Assembly: GCA_025201805.1 (NCBI GenBank)
Contig: MU619254.1
Coordinates: forward strand, 1-64,000
Reading direction: 5' to 3'
DNA length: 64,000 nucleotides
Source of the DNA: Parasitella parasitica NRRL 2501
Lineage: Eukaryota; Fungi; Mucoromycota
A program made the translations under genes and the position numbers. Below the pieces are notes generated by a model. It had not been told where the DNA came from, did not search any database, and saw only the letters and a list, made by a program, of their open reading frames with translations. Each line of letters begins with the position of its first letter. Position 1 is the stretch's first letter. Positions 49,618 through 63,641 of this stretch are shown piece after piece.

Positions 49618-50497
49618 CTAGTTTTCCTTTTTCTTTTTCAGCTCACCTCGCATGTATCGCTTACGCTGATGCATCATGTGAGAAAATAAAACAGGGAAAC
49701 CTAATGATGGATATGAGATTTAGATTGATTGGCTGCAAAAAGAAAAGATGCCGGTCGTTACCTGGAACGTATACGAGAGAAACAACGATTAATCCATAGT
49801 AATACAGAGGACTGATAGCCTTAGCGTAGGGTAATGCTTGATACACCATCATCATTTCGGAAAACACTCCTACGGGGTACAGGACTAGAAAGAAATTATA
49901 ACGAGCCCACATTACGACGCCCGGCACTTGTCCTCCACTGAGATGAAAGACATAAAAGATGTAGCGCACACATTCAGCAATAGACCATGCGATTACCATG
50001 GTGGAAAAAGACCAATGTGTATGGATCTCTGGCACAACATCGTTGACAGCCCATACCAAAAATAAACGGGATGCCACCTGCATGGCAGTTGTCATCAAAG
50101 GTGCTCTGACCCAACCCAGCAGAGAATGAAGCACCTACGACATGAATTATTCATGACAAGCACATCAGTGGCATTTTCAATTTATATATACCTCATATAA
50201 AGCAGCAGTTTGAACATAGCTTAAAGCAGGCCATGTAACATCAAACACATGTTTACAGTCGCCATGATTGTTGTAAATCTCAGAAACTGTCAAAAAAAGT
50301 ATCCAACACCAGCCCATAGTAGATACTTGGTTGTATGATAATAAATACCATTCAACAAAACTCTTGGGGCCTGGTGGTGGGGGGCGTTTTTCTTGACATT
50401 GTCTTTGTGTAGTATCTTGTGTCAAGATCAGCAAGAATTAGCGTGTTGTGCTATGCAATAATTGCGAATGAAAAACCTTACTATCACTCGTAGCCAT
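49618..50497 (-). CDS. PHS1: Very-long-chain 3-hydroxyacyl-CoA dehydratase (PTPLA family)
   Basis: YLLSYN, LGWVRAP..TTAMQVASR, AWSIAECVRY.FY and WARYNFFLVLYPVGV.SE; C-terminal KKEN ER-retrieval signal. Confidence 0.92.
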
Positions 50498-51069
50498 CTT
50501 CAAGAAATGTTTGCCAACAAGAAACAAAAAAAATTAAAAGCTTTTTTTTTGTATCCATCCTCGGTGGTTAATCAAATCTACCGTCAAGATTTGTTAAAAA
50601 ACACTTACTTTTAGACTACCAGTGCTTAAAGCTGGATTTAAACATGCTTGGTTTATCATCCTCAAATTCGACCAATTTTAGCATTTGACACCAAAACAAA
50701 TAAATAATAATAAAAAAAAAACATATTGAAACTGATAAAATAAAATTAGTTAATTAACAATAATGTAAAAAAAAACACAAGTCTTTTTCTCACAGTGTTT
50801 GTTATTGAAAGGTTTTTTTTTTGGCATGTTAATTGAATTTTCATTAGTTGGTTTTTCCGTGAGACGTCCTAAGGGAATGACAGCTGAAAAATGCCTCTTT
50901 GTAAAATCTCAATTTTAATAAATCTCCTGTAAACTGAGCGACCTATTAAAATAAACACTTAAAAAATGGACCATGTAACATATCTAAAAAGATCTATACC
51001 AGAATAATTCGTTATTTTGATATTGGTTTTTAACTAAAACACAAAGGTCTTTTTTTTTATCGTCTTAGC

Positions 51070-51480
51070 ATGTTTATAATTTTTTCTTTGTTATTTTTTG
51101 TTGCATGTAGATCAAGCCTGAGAGACTATGAAAACGAGCATTGGGATACTGATAATTGCCTGGAGATGTGTCGAGGTGTCCCTCAGCCTGCGCTTTATTG
51201 AGTGCGGAGGGGATCAGACGTTAATGGGATTGCATCAAGAACAGATTGGCAATGCTCTTTCCAAACATCAGCCAGGGAAGCGACAAGGGACAAGGATGTT
51301 GTGAGTGTGGTAGAGTAGTAGTGCCAGAGCAAAGCTCTACCGTGAGATATTGACTGTGCTGAAGGATCAGATGATCAAGTTCAGTGTGGTGGTTACTGGT
51401 CATCGATACTTTTGGATAAGCTATTTGCAATTATGATGTAACTATCGAATGGAGCACCGTCTTCGTTTCAAGACCAAAAA
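51070..51480 (-). mobile_element. Probable 5'-truncated LINE 3' end
   Basis: Minus strand gives ETKTVLHSIVT...VASLADVWKEHCQSVLDAIPL, resembling the LINE ORF2 end (ET..HF...C...TLQAIW.AHW.FIFD..PF), followed by an A-rich tail. Confidence 0.45.
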
Positions 51481-52109
51481 ACAAATCCTCAGTGAGCCCT
51501 ATAAGAATAATTAATCAACTTATTAAAGCACATCATCTGTTAATTTTTGAATCTATTTCTAGTTCATCTTTTCAATAGTCCAATATTGGCTTATTTACAA
51601 AGCTAAAAGGAAAGAATTCTTTCTCTCTCAACGCGCATCAACTTTACTTGAAAATCGAGACTTTCGAGACGGAATCTCACGCATGCTTACTTTATCTTCT
51701 TTGACTGCAAACTTACAAATCTCTTACCTTTGCTGTCTACATCAGATACCCATCGTATGTCACAGATCTTTGATAAGAAGCTTTCTTTTCATATATGTAG
51801 CATATATGGACGCATAAAGTCCATATTTAAGCCGTGTCATAATATTTACAGCAACGCGTGATCAAATATAGCTGCACACAGCCCACACAAGCCTCGCATA
51901 AGTATGCATTATCGATTGTGTTTAATTGAGAAAACAGGCCTATAACATAATACGTGATTCACATAATCAACTCCTTGTAATGCAACTCCATAATTCCACA
52001 GAAAAGCAAAGGCCCTGCTGATCATAATCCGCATATTAAATTAGAATAAACATTGAATTCGTCTCCTTTTCTTCTTTCCTTGTTATCCTTGTTTCTTACA
52101 TCATATATA

Positions 52110-53508
52110 ATGAACATTGAAAGCAGTCTGGAGAAGATATCACAGACCCTGCAAAATTGGATTCAACAAAACGTTAGTTTGGCCGCTACAGTGGCAGACT
52201 TTTTTCAAAGCAACGCACAAAAACAAGACAGACTCCTCTTGACGGTTGCTGCAGGTGCGAGCGTTTTATTGTTGTATATAGCTTCTGTTCGACATCTGCG
52301 ATACAAAAGCATCAATGAAATCCGCAAAAAATACCCAAATCCTCAAGATGTGTTGGACAATATCGATATTGCTCGACAAGTCAATGCCATTACTATGAGA
52401 AAAGAGTTTCCCTGTAATTATCCGTGATGTTTTTGCACTGAGAATCATACATTTACCAATTTACATGTAGTTCTAGGACGAGAAGGCGCAGAACTGGCTT
52501 TGTTTAAAACCTTTACCATCCCTACTATATCCAAATTATTAGCTGCCACAGGTGAATTTAAAAACCATTGTACTCGCAGAGCAGAAGATACCGAACTCAT
52601 ATTGCTCGAGCTTACCGAGACTTATTCTAGAATCCAAAAGCAACTTGCAAAGGATCCCAACACACCAGAGGAGCATGTTAAAGCACAATGGCAGAGACCG
52701 GATATGGCAGCGGCAAGATTAAATGAGATACATGGAAAATACAGTACCATTTTGAATGATGACTATATATACACTTTAGCGCTATTGATTTATGAGCCTG
52801 CATTGTGGATTAACCGATATGAATGGAGACAACTGGATGAGCGAGAGATTAACGTATGTTTTTCTTTTAAAAAAAAAGTGAATAATGATATGTTCTAAAC
52901 GGTTGGGTCTGATTTAGGCCATATTCCGGGTGTGGTATGAAGTAGGTGTAGCAATGCAGATCAAAGATATCCCTGATACACCAGAAAAGATGCTTACTTT
53001 CAAAAATGTAAGGCTTAGAGACTCATTATTTTTGTTTGTGGAAATATTAATGTCGAGGATCTGGTTTAATATAAAATAGAGATATGCGGATGAGCATATA
53101 AAGTATGCGCCCAGCAATTGGAAATGCGGTGAACCTACTTTTCGTCATCTTCTGTCTAGCATCCCATCATTTCTTAGGGAACCCCTTTATAAATTTGGTC
53201 TTCATTTACTGCCTTCTATTCTTGATCCTGCTGATGCTATAGCATTTCAGCTACCACAAGAATCCAAAGTCCTAACACTCATATTCAAGTCAATAATGCA
53301 TGCTCGCGCTTTGTTTATCCGACATTTAATGTTGCCAAGATCAACATTTACTAGTAGAACACCATTCTATCCAAACAGCAAAGGAAAATACGTACCTGAA
53401 ATTTTCTACTACAAACCTCGCATCTACGAAGATGGCTACAGCATTTCAGAGCTCGGCCCTGAAAAGTTTAAAAACGATACAAGTTCAAAATGTCCCATGA
53501 TGCATTAA
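52110..53508 (+). CDS. MpaB/DUF2236-like ER-bound heme oxygenase-fold protein
   Basis: N-terminal TM helix; ALFKTFTIPTISKLLAATGEF..RRAEDT, ARLNEIHGKY..NDDYIYTL and WYEVGVAMQIKDIP; 4 exons. Confidence 0.85.
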
Positions 53509-53794
53509 AGTGTGATCTATTTCTTTTTAATAATTTGCAGTTCAAGATGAAAAATAAGTTATAAGAGTTGTGTATATACAAATATATAATATATAATGAG
53601 ATAAAGAGAAGGGAGAAGGGAGAAGGTAGAAAAAAGAGTAGGGATTGGAAAAATGATGCTGCTATGTAATAATGCTTTTTTGCTTCATATAAAGAATCTT
53701 GGAAATTGATGATTTTTTTCTTGCCAGGATAAAAAAAAAGGGGGGGGGGTAATAATAAGTATCAAGCAATTGATGAAATAAATATGAGATTAGT

Positions 53795-55024
53795 TTAGAA
53801 TAGCCAAGGATGAAAAAAAGTCTTTTGCTGTTGTTGCTGTTGTTGCTGCTGCTGTTGATGTTCAGGAGCTACTTGGAAATTCGAAAAAGGAAAATTTACA
53901 TAATTGCGAAGAGGACATCGAGCAGGCGGTTGTTCTTCTTCCGGTGATTCAAGATCAAATAAAAGCTGATGAGGTAGCAAACTCTCAGCATTCGAGGGCA
54001 ACAGGGAATCTTCAGGGTCAAAAGTGCTGCTGAATTGATGCATCATCCGATTTCTCTTTGGGAATACATTTGTCTCAAATCCAGAGAGTGGAGACATATT
54101 ACTGCTGTCCAAGAACCAACTCTGCTCAAGTAGCTTTTTATTCTCGGCGGAAAAGATGGATTCTTGCCTCATATTGACTATATCTTGCTTTTGAACATTG
54201 AGCTTTTCAGCAATAGCAGCAGCCTCATCCTTCTGTCTTTTCTCTTCCTCTTCTTTTTCGAGGTTCTTCATTTCAAGAGCATCGCCGGGAAGGTTGAAAT
54301 GTCTAAATGTACAACGAGATCCGTAGGGACAAGAGCCAGTTTGATGATAAGTACGGCACTTTTGAGTCTTGTATTTAGGGTGGCGGTCAATTTCACGCAA
54401 ATCAGCAGCACCATGAGCGTATTGGCACTTGTTTCCGTATCTACAGTGGCCACTTTCCTCCCAGTTGCGACATAATTCTGTCTTGTAGAGACTCTTTTGT
54501 TTCTTTTCAGAGTCATCCTGGTTGTCTGCTGATTTTTTGTTGGGGAATTTAGTTGATTTCTTTGAAGATTTGATTGATTCACTGTCAGAATCAAGTTCTT
54601 CTTTTTTGTCTATTAAGGTTGTTTGTCAGCAAATGAAATGAAATCATTGGTGTTACCCATCCCCTAAAAAAACAAAGACAGAGGGCCTTGTCTTCTCTCC
54701 AAATAACACGATATACTTACTTTTTGTTTCACGCTTCCTCTGGTAGTTATTAACAATGGGTTTTGCTGCTTTGAGGTCATTCCCAACAGCTGATTGCTTG
54801 CAGTGATGAGAGCTGCGATCACTTTCTTCTTCTGAAAGACAAGGGCTGACATCTGAAGATTCGATAGAGGATGACTTGGAATTTTTACGTCCAGAAATTT
54901 CCAGATAGTTATCAAACAAACGTTCATCGATCTCTTCGTAGCTGTTGCTGAACTGATGCTCTTTGGTGAAGCTTAGCCCAAATGCTTTACGAGGAGAAAC
55001 TGATAAGATATGAGAAGTGTTCAT
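53795..55024 (-). CDS. Tandem CCCH zinc-finger protein (TTP/Zfs1/Cth family)
   Basis: [25 protein letters not shown] and [25 protein letters not shown]; one intron ~54612-54720. Confidence 0.92.
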
Positions 55025-57599
55025 GTAAATTATTAAAGCGAGTGAGAAAACAGCCAAAAAAAATTAAACATTTCAAAAAGATTTGGGGTTCTTTATATAA
55101 GCATTTTGAATAGAGTCACTCCACTTTTTCATGCTTTTTTAGTATTCATGGGGGGGGGGAGATTCACCTTCTCCGATGTGTCGCTGGCTGTGCTGCCGTA
55201 AGCCATTTATGGCATATCACTGGATCTGTCTGTAAGATAATTTGTGTGGTGAGTCTCACGTACATAATGGCATGCTTTTTAACAAGTTTCTCGGAGTTGT
55301 CTAATCTGATAATCATATCACAGTTTTTCCGTTGAATGGTATCGTACCTATGTATATAGGTATACTGACAAAGGCGTTCCCATACAAACATTACATCACT
55401 AGTATTAAGACAGACTTGAGAAAAGAAAAAAAAAAAAAAAGTATATAATCCACGTTATAATGTACATCGCAGCTGGAGCGTTTATCTGTATGCGCAGTCA
55501 ATGTAAAGCCATTGACACATGAGAGGACAAAAACACCGCCAAGAGAAATACCCAGGCACCAAACAAAGAAGTAAATCATCATATGTCCAACTCAACAGTT
55601 ACCATGCGAAATGGCTTGCAGTCGTTACATTAACTACGTTTATGTCAACTGGATTAATGGCCTCCAAACTGTAGGCAATCTTAAACAGAACTTTGGCGCT
55701 CCTTCTCGGCAGAAACAGAGAAAACGGTCGGCGTTAGATCAACAAGTCATTCAAGGTTTCAAAGGGTATTATGGAGGTAAGCACAATGAACGCAGAAAAG
55801 CATGTTGCTATGAATAAAATGTCCATATTTAGCTCAAAGGGTAGAAATACAATTTATTCGTGTGACAATATTCAGCAACAATGGGCCTTGAGATTTTTAT
55901 GGAAAAAAAGGCGCCCCAACATCCCCCCTAGTTGAGCGTGATCGATAGGCTTGAATGAAATGAGGAACATGGTGCCACATCTGCATACGTTATTTGATCG
56001 CCGTTCATTCCCTGTAGCCATGACGTTATAGTATCCAAAAACAAAAAAGGACTGAGCGCCACTTGCTTGGGGATACCATTACATACGAATTTATCCTTCA
56101 TCAGGACGAGAATCCCCAGGAAAAATTACAAAGCACACTATATATGAGTTGCATTTGTACCCTGCACAATTGACGTGGCAGGATAAAGTTAAACAAACAG
56201 ATGAGACATTCAAAAAGTATGGAATCCATACTACACATGAGCACAATGCGTTTGAGATATGTTGTCGTACCTAAACTAATCCCAATTGACTCCACTTCAA
56301 TCTCCAGTGTGATACAGTAGCTTCATCTTCTTCCTCCAAATTAGACATTATGCTTTTCTCTCGCCACCTTCTCATTACCACCCTTTTGTACATTGAACCA
56401 ATTCACCTTTAGGCTTGCCCTGGACAATTCAGTACTCGAAGTTATCATGTGCTCGCTATGGGAAATAATAATAAAAAAAGAAAAAAAAAAAACTTTCCAA
56501 CCCTTAGCAAATTATGTTAAATTGTAGAAAACCGACCCAGATAGATTAGATGTGTGCACCTCTTTCAACTTGTCGACTATCTTTTATCAATAAAATGAAA
56601 GGCTCGAATGCAACGGACAATTTTTTGATATGTATATTGATGATACTGATGAGTATCTTATTTGTGTTGACGGCAGACGCACTCTCAGCAGGGCAGGTAG
56701 AAACAGAGAGCTAGTTTATTAATTATAGAGTAGAGTCTGATAAAAAAAAGGGGGGCGTCAAATCCCCCAGTTAAATTACTTTTATTGATTAAGGTATTCA
56801 ACTCTTTGTTTGGCAACTTTATTGATAACTATAACACAATTTCAATATTATATTATGCTTTCTTTTTTTTTAATCTTTTGACATATTTATAGATTTGGTA
56901 TATATTATAATCAAGAAAGAGAAAAGCAAATGAATTAACCTGATAAATGTATAAATAATGGAGTGAATTTCTTTTTACAAATGATTTTATTGCACTATAT
57001 TATTTTTGACAATAAGTCTTAATAGAATAGTTGGATTCAAACTAATATTTTTTTCAAAATATTAAAAGGATAAATAACTTACTTTGAAGTATAATAATGA
57101 AACAAACACTTCCTCAAAACTATCAATGTCAAAGAAACATCTAGCGGGTGATGATTCTTTGACTATGTTCAACTGTTAATTCTGGGTTTTTTTAAATAAC
57201 AAACTTCACCATCCTCAAGAAAAATTGCATGATTGATCAGCCTGAAATCTTGTAATAGATGATATGCTAAAACAGGGACCGGGCTCATTCATCCTTCAAT
57301 CAAGCATCCAAAGAAAAACATATTTACGGTTAAACAATGATGACTAACGTAGTCCATTTCTATACGACATAAACCCTTGCAAGTCTGTCAATTTGAAATT
57401 CTACATCCATGATCATTCGACCACATATGGCATGTACGGAACCGGTACATCTTGGAGGAAACCATGCCTTCACAACGTCACATTGTGACAATGGTTTAGC
57501 AACTTTTTTTTTTCTCCTCGAGCATCTGGTTCCTACAAAACATGCGAAAGCTGGGTATTCCTTGCGCGCGAGTGTGTCAAACATATCATCCGTTTTAAA

Positions 57600-59471
57600 A
57601 TGCTTTTCGAAAAACCCAAGCACCATTATCACCATCGTGTCAGCGAGTTCCAAGCTGTTGTTCTTGCTGGCTATGGTAGCAGTAACAGGTAGTCTGTAAT
57701 CTGGAAGCCACATGTGTAAACTTTCCTCACAACAGTCGATAGACTTTACCCCATCTCTGAAGAAGACAGCATGCCAAAGGCATTACTACCTGTTGGTAAC
57801 AAGCCAGTGATTTCCTATACTTTAGAATGGCTTGAGAAGGCCGGTATTTATGGTAAATTTCGTCAGAGCTAGAGGAATACTTTTGAGATGCCAACTGTTT
57901 TGTAGATGTCATTGTCGTAATTCAAGCTATTGGAAGCTCCCCACAGAAACTGTCGGCTTATCTCAAAACCTATCCTGGAAATGTGCATTGCCAAGTTGTT
58001 AGTGTGGATGAAGATGATGAAACAGCTGATGCGCTAAGAGCCATCAAAGACAAGATTGATGTAACTATAGAAACAGATAAGTATGAACAGGTATTAATAT
58101 CTGCATTCGCTCTAGAGAGATTTCCTTGTGGTTCCTTGCGATCTGATCACTGAACTCGACCCTTGCGATTTGCTTGATGCACACAGAGTATACGACCCTA
58201 CTTTTACTGCGTTGTTTTATGAGCCTGGATCAAGCGAGAGTGCAAGTAAAGATGACGGTAAAACAAGGCTATGGTGTCAATCAGCAATGCAATCTGACTC
58301 TATTCCATAATACAGATCTTTTACCCTATGTCGGCATCGACTCTACACGTAATGCGCTTGTTTATAAGGCACTCCGATCAGAAGACGACGATTTCTCTAT
58401 GCGCATGTCTTTATTAAACAAGTAAACAAAGAGATACGCATACCAATATCAGGCGACCCTCCTTACCAACAATTCTTAATATAGATTTTCCCGCGTAAGA
58501 GTTCACACAGACTTACAAGATGCACACTTGTATATCTTCAAGCGATGGGTTATTGATATGTTGGCTGACAAGGAGAAAATTACAAGCATTTCAAAGGATC
58601 TGATACCATTGTTAGTCAAGTGTCAATATCAAAAAAAATTAGTCGAAAGAGAAGAGATCGAGAAATGTTTGTATAGGCTTGGCTACTGTCGATTATGAAA
58701 CTGATTCAAAGCGTTTAGATTCGTCGACCTATGAAAATTTGCTTGCAAATGCACTTTCCCTTTCTACAACGCAGTCTGCTGATGTAGACGATGACTTATA
58801 TATGAACGACCCCATTCATCCTAGCTTTGAAAGCCCAATTAAAACGTATGTGCATGTTTATCGCGGAGGCTTCTGTGGTCGAGGCAATACAACTGCCAGT
58901 TACAACGAACTGAATCGTAATGTAAGTAAAACCAACTTTTTCAAAGTGGGATCAAATAGGCTTACAACACTCCTTTCTTGCAATAGGCAACAAAGCAGGG
59001 CGCCTCGATCACCCGCGTACCTTCTAGTGCAGAAGTTGCTCCCAGAACTCAAGTCGGTAACGATTCGATCGTCGGTGAATCCACAAAAATTGATGAAAGA
59101 TCCTCTGTAAAGAAATCCTGTGTTGGCTCATACTGTGTCATTGGAAAGAACGTTAAGATTATTAATTCCGTTATTATGGACCACGTGGTGATTGGCGACA
59201 AGTAAGCATTGTGTTCAGGAGTATTGTGAATGTAACATGTATGTTAATTCGCTGTTCTGTAGCGTCAAAATTGAGGGATGTATCATCTGTAAGAATGCTC
59301 AGATCCACGAAAAGGCTTCTCTAAAGGACTGCGATGTTGCTTACGGATATATTGTGCAAAAAGACAGTAAGTATTTCTTTGTGTAAAGCCTTTTGATATA
59401 TTATGTTAAATATGATCGCATTAGGTGTATTGAAGGGGGAGAAACTAGTTGATTTTAGAGAAGCTATTTAA
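57600..59471 (+). CDS. GCD1: Translation initiation factor eIF2B gamma subunit
   Basis: EFQAVVLAGYGSSNRLYP..MPKALLPVGNKP, VVPCDLIT, DLQDAHLYIFKRWVID and a C-terminal left-handed beta-helix; multi-exon. Confidence 0.92.
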
Positions 59472-59780
59472 TGTAGTGCAATATAGAAAAAAAAAAATTG
59501 AATCATCTGAGAACTGTATAACAGTTATCATTGTGAACACATAAACAAACACACACCCAAAAAGCGTAAATGGCTTGTTTTCGACCCCTTTTAACTTAAT
59601 TTGTGTAGCTCAAGGCGCACAAACAGACAAGTGCAACATTACTCGACTGTAATCGTGCTGAATACCTGAAAGCAGCTGTGTGTAGCTTTTTTTTTTTTTT
59701 TTTTTGCATAAGGTAAAAAAACTACCTTGATTTCTCTTTCTCTCTTCATCTTTATCTTTCTTGCTTCTTTACTTTATAAA

Positions 59781-60609
59781 ATGCCCTCAAACAACTTGAT
59801 TTCGTTATCTTCTGTCTCAAGTAAGTTGTTTGCCTATCTCAAAAGATTGAAGCATCTCTTTTCTGATAGCATTTATAGATTTAAGACTTGAAAATTTCAG
59901 AACACAGCATGAATTGGCAAAGAACTTCTATGATGATTATGAATTCTGTCCTATTCATCATGTAGAAGAGGTAAAATTCTATGACAGCTTACTTCTTTGT
60001 GTTCTAATCCATGAAAAATTTCAGGTTACTGAGCATCGCGAGAGAGTTCAAAAGCGTACATCTCCATATCCATCTCCAAATTTATCTGTTTCTTCGACTT
60101 CATCTGCGTCTTCATTTTTTTGCATGTCTTCAAACTATAATCAGCAATCTTTTCGTAAATCAAATATTGCCTCTATTGCTACACCTATAGCCACAACAAA
60201 TACTACGGCTACAAGAGCAATCCCTATCATTGATCCTAGCAACATGACCCCTGTTGCTGTACCTGTCCATCAACAGCATGCACAAAAGACGTTTAGCAAC
60301 ACATCTCCGTCAATGCCTCAGTGGATTGCATTTAAGAATAATACTAGTTCAATGAGTACAAGTCCTAGTAGTATCCACAGTAACTTAAGTTTAAGCAGTA
60401 GCAGTAGTAGTAGCAATAGCAGTATTAGTAATAATACAGTCGGGTATCGTCAAGATTACTACTATGGTAGTTACCAACAACCACAGATCATCCCTTCTAC
60501 TATTGTTCGAGCAATTCCCATTATTGACCCTACTACAAGACAAGTATTCCATCATCCACAACAACAAATAATCCAACCTCCTGGATTTTATAATGTTTCA
60601 GTTTGTTAA
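59781..60609 (+). CDS. Hypothetical Ser-rich protein with two RAIPIIDP motifs, 3 exons
   Basis: Introns 59821-59878 and 59971-60024 join the frames: MPSNNLISLSSVS|NLRLENFRTQHELAKNFYDDYEFCP... Confidence 0.8.
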
Positions 60610-62152
60610 TCGTCAGGGGGAAAAGCATATATCATGTTGTAAAGGCGTAAACTTTTCCTTATGTCACAACATTTTATTATCATTGCTGTATATTTTCACT
60701 TCAATTACCTTTTGAATTTTCCTCTCAGAGCATGTTTAATATTAATAGTCATTTCACACATACATATCGTTAAATTTATAAATATACTTTAAATAGTTAT
60801 CCTCAATCAAATATAATAAAAATTGATTTCAATTATATAAATTCAGAATCAAAAGTAGACTCGGTGCCAAGTTGACAAAAGCTGTTTCTGATTTTCTTAA
60901 TTAATTAATTTAGTATGTATTTATTACAATCTGCATTTTCCAAAAGCACCCTAAAGACTTGAATGAGTTATATGTAATACCAAGTTCTGTTTACTGTGTT
61001 GACAAATAGTGTTACGATAGAAATAATTCAATATAAAGAGAAGAAATTTTTTTTTATCAACAAAAATTCTTTGGTTCTTGCATGATTTTACTCTTATATT
61101 ATTTTATTTACATTTGTAGGATTATACATCTTTAGCTGCAGGCTATATTCTCATATCCTCTCTACACAACAGTAGTTGCCTGAATTATTGCACCATTCAA
61201 ACGGAAAATCACTTTTATCTTTAAACTGGTGCACATTCGTTTCAAAGTAGTACAAACGAAACACATGTTTAATCCAAAGAAATCTTCTCCTTTGTTTAGA
61301 TTAAATCTTTTTAAAAGAACAACATAATCTTCAATTAGCTGGAGATAATTTTCCAATTACAAGCATTTTTAAAGGATATGGTCCAACTAATACTAAAAAA
61401 TTTGTTGAGTAATACTATATTATATTTAATGATTGTTACGCTTACTTTGTTCAAATCTACAAAACTCAAATTCAGGCCAAGAGAAAATTTTAATTTTCAG
61501 TTGAAGTACTGAGCTACTGTTGTAGACAAGTTACTGATGTATAGGGGTGTGGCTGACTCTAAGTAAGAAAACTTATTTTATACATATGACGAAATATGAC
61601 ATGTCAAGGCAGAGCCCCTTTAAATGAAACATTGTTGCAGGAACTGGAAAATCAAACTGATACAAATCATCCATCTTTATATCAACTAAATTAATTACTT
61701 AATCATATGATAACAGAAACTTCTTCCTGGGATTGTATTAACTTCCCGTAAGATTATTGATTCATTACTAGGAAAATATGAACACTAACTCTACCGTGAA
61801 GCCCTGGCTCAGTCATACTATGAATAATATGCTTATCAGCTGTGCTGCTTGATTTGACCAACTGTACGGTAATAAAGTAGACGTATCACAACCACAAAAC
61901 TCGCCATATTAATAGTGTGAGAAAGGACACCGGCTACCATAGCATACAAGAACATGGGCAATATTGAATTGCTTTCCGTAATTGGAAGGTAAAGAGTTTG
62001 TTTCAAGGCAAATATGAATGGAAAAGGTTCGAAGCACATTCTAATTCCTACTCAAATGTATAAGAACTTGTCTTTTATCTTGTTTTTTTGGTGTTGTATA
62101 TCTCTCTTTCGAATCTCGTCCTGGAGGGCTTCATTTCATCCAACATTTCATT

Positions 62153-63641
62153 ATGAATTATTCTTGTTCCCCATCGAAAAAGGGTGTTTTGCAGCAACGA
62201 GACAATTGCCCTTCTGTGCCACCTATAGGAACGCGTGAAGATCAACACGGTCATCCCAAACAGGCGGTATCTCCAGCATACAATCCTAGTAGTACGCAGC
62301 AGTATTCAGTACTTCAGATGGAGCTCCCGCCACCTTCATCTAGGTGTCTGCCCTCAATGCAACCTGTGCAATTAATCCAATGGATGCAGCGCCCTAAATT
62401 CACTACCTCTTTTTGGGAAGAAGAAGGCACGCTGTGCTATCAAGTGGATGCTAACAGCGTTTGTGTTGCTCGTAGACAAGGTAATGAAACTATATTTCGG
62501 AATAGCATTAACTACTGAGCGCTCTTTCTGCTGATAGATAATGACATGATCAACGGCACAAAGCTTTTAAATGTCGCTGGCTTATCTCGCGGTAAACGCG
62601 ATGGAATCTTGAAAAATGAAAAGGCTCGCGTAGTTGTCAAAATAGGCCCAATGCATCTGAAGGGCGTGTGGTAAGTTGGTTACCGATGTCTACTCGTATA
62701 ATAATTAAAGGTGTAATTAGGATCACATTTAACCGAGCAAAGGAGCTTGCCCATCAATTCAAACTAACAGAGCTATTGTATCCATTGTTCCTTGATAATC
62801 CTAGTGCTCATCTTCAAAATACGCAAAAACACGCCTTGTCTGAGCAATCTGAAGTCTCGCATAACATCAGTCGTGAGCAACTGTTTGTAAGCCCAAGTCC
62901 TGTATTCGAATACTAATAAAAATAATAGGTTATAAATATAACGGTAATTCTACATTGCAAGCAAGCACTTTCAGACCAGGCACATCTTTTATGACTCAAT
63001 CTAATGCTTATCAGGGAGTAAATCCCACGTCTACCGCCATCCACACCATCACAAACATGCGAATATCTGATTATTACCGTCCTTTGAACTCCAGATATCC
63101 AGGCCTTGTTACTCATCATATATACCCATCTTACAATGACAGTAGCCGCAGTGAAAGATACAGTAATACGCATCAAGCATCGGTAGATCGATTTTTGGCT
63201 CAAGAAGACTATGGTACGAATTGTCTTGACGGTTTCCCTGGAATCCCTGTGATGCGCACGCAAGAAAACACTGACTTTCAAGCAGCTGCATGTCGATTTC
63301 AAAGGCCCAAGGCAGAAGAAATACTGCTTTCGAATTCTACCTGTCATCGACAACTGCCACAGGAACACCAGTGTTCTTACTACCCTCAGCAGCAAATTAT
63401 ACCAAATGGTCCAAATTCTTTGGAATTCTTCTGTCCGCCACCTACATCAGCAGATAACTCGACACCGCCAACTCCAGTAGATTCTTCTACTACGTTTCAA
63501 TTTGAGCTCCATTCGCTTTATGGCCAAAAAAATGTGAATCATCAAACACCATTGACATCAGAAGACGATCCGTTTGTTTTGAATTCTTATAATCAGACGC
63601 AGCAATCCCAAGATGATGGACTTGACTTGTATAATATTTAA
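62153..63641 (+). CDS. APSES transcription factor (StuA/Sok2/Efg1 class), 4 exons
   Basis: [25 protein letters not shown]|[29 protein letters not shown]...MHLKGVW|ITF; third intron 62873-62928. Confidence 0.92.

Noticed and set aside
51175-51342. Hairpins (CCCTC...GAGGG; GGTAGAG...CTCTACC) suggesting an ncRNA
   Set aside because: No snoRNA, snRNA or RNase P/MRP boxes found; the minus strand fits a LINE remnant better.
55100-57590. Short ORFs in the long CCCH/GCD1 intergenic region
   Set aside because: No motifs or coherent splice structure; consistent with promoter DNA.
34800-59471. GCN4, GLY1, the PQ-loop gene and GCD1 as an amino-acid-control cluster
   Set aside because: Spread over 25 kb with unrelated genes between them, and I saw no clear TGACTCA sites upstream of GLY1 or the PQ-loop gene.
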